NCBI GenBank assembly: GCA_049599475.1
Contig: JBMYOQ010000012.1
Coordinates: 1-64,000 of the forward strand
DNA: 64,000 nucleotides
Source of the DNA: Opitutales bacterium
Lineage (GTDB): Bacteria > Verrucomicrobiota > Verrucomicrobiia > Opitutales > JABSRG01
Direction of reading: 5' to 3'
The position numbers and the translations under genes are program-made. Below, in pieces: positions 60,029 through 64,000 of the stretch. Positions within the stretch are counted from its first letter, which is position 1, and the number at the start of each line of letters is the position of its first letter. The notes beneath the pieces are model-generated. The model saw nothing but the letters and a program-made list of their open reading frames with translations, searched no databases and was not told where the DNA came from.

Positions 60029-60074
60029 CTACGCCGGGGAGTGTTTTAGAACACCGACGGTAAATAGGGGAGAC

Positions 60075-61331
60075 ATGTTGCTAGGTTTGAAAAAAACCGA
60101 ACTCTTTGCAATTGGGTTCGTATTATTGGCTAACTTGGGAGAAGCCCAATCATTGGCCTACGCTCCGTGGGTACCGCTCCAGTCTGCGCCTCGTAGAGAT
60201 TATGATATTCGCTTCGGTGAGCTTTTCTTCGATTTGCGGGGTACGGTGTCTCTCGAATATAATACGAATATTACGACATCCGAGGTAAACGAAATCAGCG
60301 ATTTCATCATCACACCCGGAATTAGCGCAGGAGGCAGTTGGGCATACTCGGATCTGAACACGCTTCGCTTCGGGGTGGGATTGAAGTATCGTTATTACGT
60401 GAACAACCCTGATTTGGGATCTCAGGGATCGATTTTCGATCTGACTCCTGAGACCGAGGTGGATACGATCATATTGATTGGCGAGGCATACATTCGCTTG
60501 TTTGATCGAATCACTTACTCTACCGATGCCACAGATTCTGTAGGTGTGGATGCTGAAACGGGTGAGCTGATTTTCAGCACTGCGGATTACGGTCTTTTCA
60601 CCAATGTTTTGGGTGCACAGGTCAGCTACGATTTCAACTTCATGCAGTCCTCAGCTCAACTCTATCGGAAGGATGTTATTTCGTTTGAGGACAATTTCGA
60701 TTTCATCGATTACACCGAATATAGCTTGTCGGGAACTTTGAGTCGGCAGTTTTTATCGACCGTCACTGCGGGAGTCGGTGGAGGAATGAGCACGCTGGAC
60801 TATGATGCGACGCTCAAGGGTGATATCGATTCAGTGAATGTAGGCCTGTTTGCCAATGTGGTGCTCACGCCCTTTGTCTCTGTCTATGGAGGTGTCAATT
60901 GGGGTGTGTCGGATATTGCCGCTTCCGATAGTGCACCCATTGCTCGCAGCTCCGACACGATTTCCTACAACATCACCTTGAGTCATACCCTGAACGCCTA
61001 TTTTGACCATTCTGCGGGGCTTACATCCGTTCGGCGGCTCGGAAGTATCTCAGATTTTGTAGAAACTCGGACAATTCGCTACGATTGGAATTTAGAGGAA
61101 TGGCTCTTCGTCGATCTATCTGGGTATGTTGCTTGGGAACATGGTGAAGAGGAAGGCGGTTTGCTGGACGAAACCTTTGATAGGTTTTCGGTTTCAGTGG
61201 AGGCGCTCTATCCACTTGGACCCCGTTCCGAGCTGCGAGGCCGTCTCACTTACATCGATAAAGACTCCAACCGAGAATTGCGCTCTTACCAGCAAGGTAT
61301 TGCATGGCTAGAGTTTACTTATGATTTTTAG
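60075..61331 (+). CDS. Outer-membrane beta-barrel protein of an EPS locus
   Basis: Signal peptide, EYNTNI...DFIITP, alternating beta-strands, C-terminal ..FTYDF BAM signal. Start moved to 60075, downstream of the promoter. Confidence 0.8.
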   Translation: MLLGLKKTELFAIGFVLLANLGEAQSLAYAPWVPLQSAPRRDYDIRFGELFFDLRGTVSLEYNTNITTSEVNEISDFIITPGISAGGSWAYSDLNTLRFGVGLKYRYYVNNPDLGSQGSIFDLTPETEVDTIILIGEAYIRLFDRITYSTDATDSVGVDAETGELIFSTADYGLFTNVLGAQVSYDFNFMQSSAQLYRKDVISFEDNFDFIDYTEYSLSGTLSRQFLSTVTAGVGGGMSTLDYDATLKGDIDSVNVGLFANVVLTPFVSVYGGVNWGVSDIAASDSAPIARSSDTISYNITLSHTLNAYFDHSAGLTSVRRLGSISDFVETRTIRYDWNLEEWLFVDLSGYVAWEHGEEEGGLLDETFDRFSVSVEALYPLGPRSELRGRLTYIDKDSNRELRSYQQGIAWLEFTYDF

Positions 61332-62244
61332 GTTTCCACCCAATGTTTTGCTAATCGTTACAGGGCTTCTTCTGTGTATGCCTACGGCGATGCTTATGCA
61401 TGCGCAAGGGACCGAAGAGAGAACTCTGTCTCAGATGGATCTTCTGGACGATGAGCGCCTCTTGGAGATCGGTGATCGTTTTACCTATCTCGTTGTCGAG
61501 GAGCGTGAACCGGAGATCACTGTCTTTGTGAATGGCCGCGGAAATATCAAACTCCCCCTCATTGGAGAGGTGGCCGCAGTTGGGAAGACAGAGCGTGCGC
61601 TAGCCTATGCCATTCGCGAAGAGCTGGAAGAGACATTCTTTTACCAGGCGACTGTGGTGCTGAGCCGAATCACGGATGCGCGTTATGATGGAAAGGTTTT
61701 CTTAGTTGGGGCAGTCAGGAGCCAGGGCCCCCAACCCTTACCAGCCGATGATGTCCTGCGTTTGAGTGAAATGATCCTGCGTGCAGGCGGATTCGAGAAT
61801 AATGCAGACCAGACCTCGGTGACGCTGATACGGCGGGAGTCTGGAACGGATGTCGAACAGCGAACTACATACGACGTTGAGACCATGCTGGAAACAGGTG
61901 ACTTTGCGGAAGATCCCACGCTCCTACCCAACGATCTGATTCTCGTAGGCAAGGAGGATGTGATCGGTAAAACGGTCTACGTGCTGGGCGCCGTGAATGC
62001 ACCTGGCGAGTACCCTCTGCCGGATGAAGATGTTACGCTCAGTCAGGCGATTCTGTCGGCTGGAGGTTTCGCGCGCTTTGCCCGGACCAATCGGGTGAAA
62101 CTGATCCGCACCCAGGAGGATGGCAGCAGTAAGACTGAAGTCATCAATACTGATGCGGTGTTCGAACGCGGAGATCGCTCAAATGATCCCATCATTCAGG
62201 GCGGCGATGTTATTCGGGTAGATGAAAGGTTGATCAACTTCTAG
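61321..62244 (+). CDS. Polysaccharide export protein (OPX: Poly_export plus two SLBB domains)
   Basis: L..GD, V...G.I.LPLIGEV...GKT, twice V.V.GAV..PG..LS..IL.AGGF...A....V.LIR. Confidence 0.9.
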   Translation: MIFRFPPNVLLIVTGLLLCMPTAMLMHAQGTEERTLSQMDLLDDERLLEIGDRFTYLVVEEREPEITVFVNGRGNIKLPLIGEVAAVGKTERALAYAIREELEETFFYQATVVLSRITDARYDGKVFLVGAVRSQGPQPLPADDVLRLSEMILRAGGFENNADQTSVTLIRRESGTDVEQRTTYDVETMLETGDFAEDPTLLPNDLILVGKEDVIGKTVYVLGAVNAPGEYPLPDEDVTLSQAILSAGGFARFARTNRVKLIRTQEDGSSKTEVINTDAVFERGDRSNDPIIQGGDVIRVDERLINF

Positions 62245-62245
62245 T

Positions 62246-64000
62246 ATGAGCGATCCCTATTTGCAGGACGATTTTTCTGGAGCTGGTTTCGATTGGAACG
62301 AGTTTCTGAGGAACGTCTATTACCGGTCGCTGCTTATCATGAAGCAGCTTTGGTGGATCCCCCTGTTTACGGTGTCCATCGGTGTGGCATACTCGGCTTA
62401 CAAGAGTTTGCAGAAACCGATCGTTTATTCTTCTTCAGCACAAATGCACGTGGGGCCTCAGATAGCTGTGCCCGAAGGGCGTTTATACAGTGAGGAGCTA
62501 TCCAGTTTCTTCGGGACCCAATTAGAATTTATGCGCAGCAAGCGGGTGCTCAATGCTGCGCACGATCGGGTAAAAGTCGAAAGGCCAGATTTGCCGCGCA
62601 GCCAGGTCTCAGTTTCCGCTCGGCGTAAACCAGATACATCCTTGTTTCAGCTGCGCGCGGAGGGATCCGACTCACTCTATACCCAGGCATACTTAGATGC
62701 GGTTTTGCAGGAGTATATGGGCTTCCGCAGTGAAATGAGGAGTCAGACTGCGCAGGAGACTTACATCCGAATCTCTGGAGAAATTGATCGCTTGGAAAAT
62801 GAAATCGTCCGACGCGAGGAGGCGATTGTGGATTTTCAGCGGCAGAATAATGTTGTGTTCCTGGAAGAGCAGGTGGCCTTAGCCAGTCAATTTATCACGG
62901 AACTCACGAGTGGCCGCGCGCGTCTTTCGAGCGAACTCAAGTCCCTCGAAAGTATCCCCTTCGATCAGCGCGTAGAGATGCAGTCCGTTTCATCTCTCGG
63001 GGTGGAGGAGGAATCAATGGATGTCGTCTCGGCCTATGTGCGTGCGCGAAACGAGCTCAATGGGCTCAAGTCGGTGCGTGAGGAATTTGGCATCTATTTA
63101 CGCCCCAAGCATCCCAAAATGATTCGCATGGATGATGAGATCGAGCGGATGCAAAATACGGTTAACATCCTCAAACAGCAGAGCTCTGCGAAGGACGAGG
63201 ATCGAAAAGCATTCCTGGAAATCCGTATCAAAAATCTCGATGAAGAGATCGCTGATTGGGAGAGCAAATCCCTGGACTACAGTCAGCGCCTCGCAGCTTT
63301 CAAAAAGCTCGAATCTCAGCTGGACCTAGCGCGAAAGAATTATAGCCGTCTGTCTCAATCTCTCGAAAGCATCGACTTGAATCAGAATATTCAGCAAGAG
63401 ATGGTCAATGTGTTGGAGCCGGCTTCAAAGGCCAGTGAGATGAAGGCCGACCTGCGCAAGGACATGATAAAAGGCGGCTTCATGGGTGGGTTTGTGGCCG
63501 TCGTCCTGTGGGCACTTGTTGGATATCTCGATAATCGCGTTCTCAATGTGGAGGACCTGGATAAGAATTTTGACCACTCAGTTATTGGAGTGATCCCCAA
63601 AGAGCGTGTGCGGCGCAGCGAGACCTTTGATCTTCTACACGAAGGAGCACGCCGGCCCATGTTTGAGGAAGCGCTGCGGAATCTGCGATCGTCACTTTTA
63701 TTCATTGATCAGGGGCATCTCGGATCGACTACCGTTCGGCCGAAGGTCTTTGCTTTAACCTCTGCCGTGCCGAACGAAGGTAAATCCACCATCGCAAGTA
63801 ATTTAGGGGTAGCGATGGCGATGGCTCGCTCGAAGACACTGATTATCGATGCCGATATGCGCCGAGGCACTCTCTATGAGACCTTCGGAGTGTCCAAAAC
63901 CGATGGTCTGTGCGAATTGATACAGTCCAAGGGCCAACTCGCGGATTACGTGCAAAAGACTGAGCTGGAGGACCTGGATGTCCTTACCACCGGAGAGCGT
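62246..64000 (+). CDS. Polysaccharide co-polymerase / BY tyrosine kinase (Wzc-like), truncated by the window edge
   Basis: Not in the ORF track. Read by hand from ATG 62246 (MSDPYLQDDF...): TM, coiled coil, PKHPK, second TM, EALRNLRS, Walker A SAVPNEGKST, IIDADMRRG; frame spot-checked at the Walker A. Confidence 0.92.
   Translation, partial: MSDPYLQDDFSGAGFDWNEFLRNVYYRSLLIMKQLWWIPLFTVSIGVAYSAYKSLQKPIVYSSSAQMHVGPQIAVPEGRLYSEELSSFFGTQLEFMRSKRVLNAAHDRVKVERPDLPRSQVSVSARRKPDTSLFQLRAEGSDSLYTQAYLDAVLQEYMGFRSEMRSQTAQETYIRISGEIDRLENEIVRREEAIVDFQRQNNVVFLEEQVALASQFITELTSGRARLSSELKSLESIPFDQRVEMQSVSSLGVEEESMDVVSAYVRARNELNGLKSVREEFGIYLRPKHPKMIRMDDEIERMQNTVNILKQQSSAKDEDRKAFLEIRIKNLDEEIADWESKSLDYSQRLAAFKKLESQLDLARKNYSRLSQSLESIDLNQNIQQEMVNVLEPASKASEMKADLRKDMIKGGFMGGFVAVVLWALVGYLDNRVLNVEDLDKNFDHSVIGVIPKERVRRSETFDLLHEGARRPMFEEALRNLRSSLLFIDQGHLGSTTVRPKVFALTSAVPNEGKSTIASNLGVAMAMARSKTLIIDADMRRGTLYETFGVSKTDGLCELIQSKGQLADYVQKTELEDLDVLTTGER

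Noticed and set aside
59964..60074. N-terminal extension of the beta-barrel ORF
   Set aside because: It contains the sigma-54 promoter; the RBS and signal peptide support ATG 60075.

Overview
This window looks like a roughly 50% GC chromosome segment from a Verrucomicrobiota bacterium, probably Opitutales-like; that is inferred from the VPEPSTYA-type PEP-CTERM protein and the gene content. Most of it is housekeeping: dnaK-groES-groEL, rdgB, a SNF2 helicase, secG, an aminotransferase, dps, FKBP, rnr, a CBS-pyrophosphatase, asd, uvrB and gpsA. Accessory blocks are: an IS21-like end at the left edge that appears to truncate a secreted-protein gene; a REP-flanked RAYT transposase; a crtD-cruF-crtZ-crtY carotenoid cluster; an operon with three different photolyase-family genes next to Lhr-core/PdeM; and the start of a sigma-54 polysaccharide-export locus. 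The most unusual signals are (i) an SRP-RNA-like hairpin lacking its Ffh-binding core, (ii) a tandem ribbon-helix-helix protein with a histone-H1/AT-hook-like tail behind a 1.08-kb intergenic region with no credible gene, (iii) a probably leaderless sigma-54 chaperone promoter with a TGTGMCA repeat array, and (iv) widespread leaderless promoter geometry. All family calls are by-eye motif recognition; no database searches were run.
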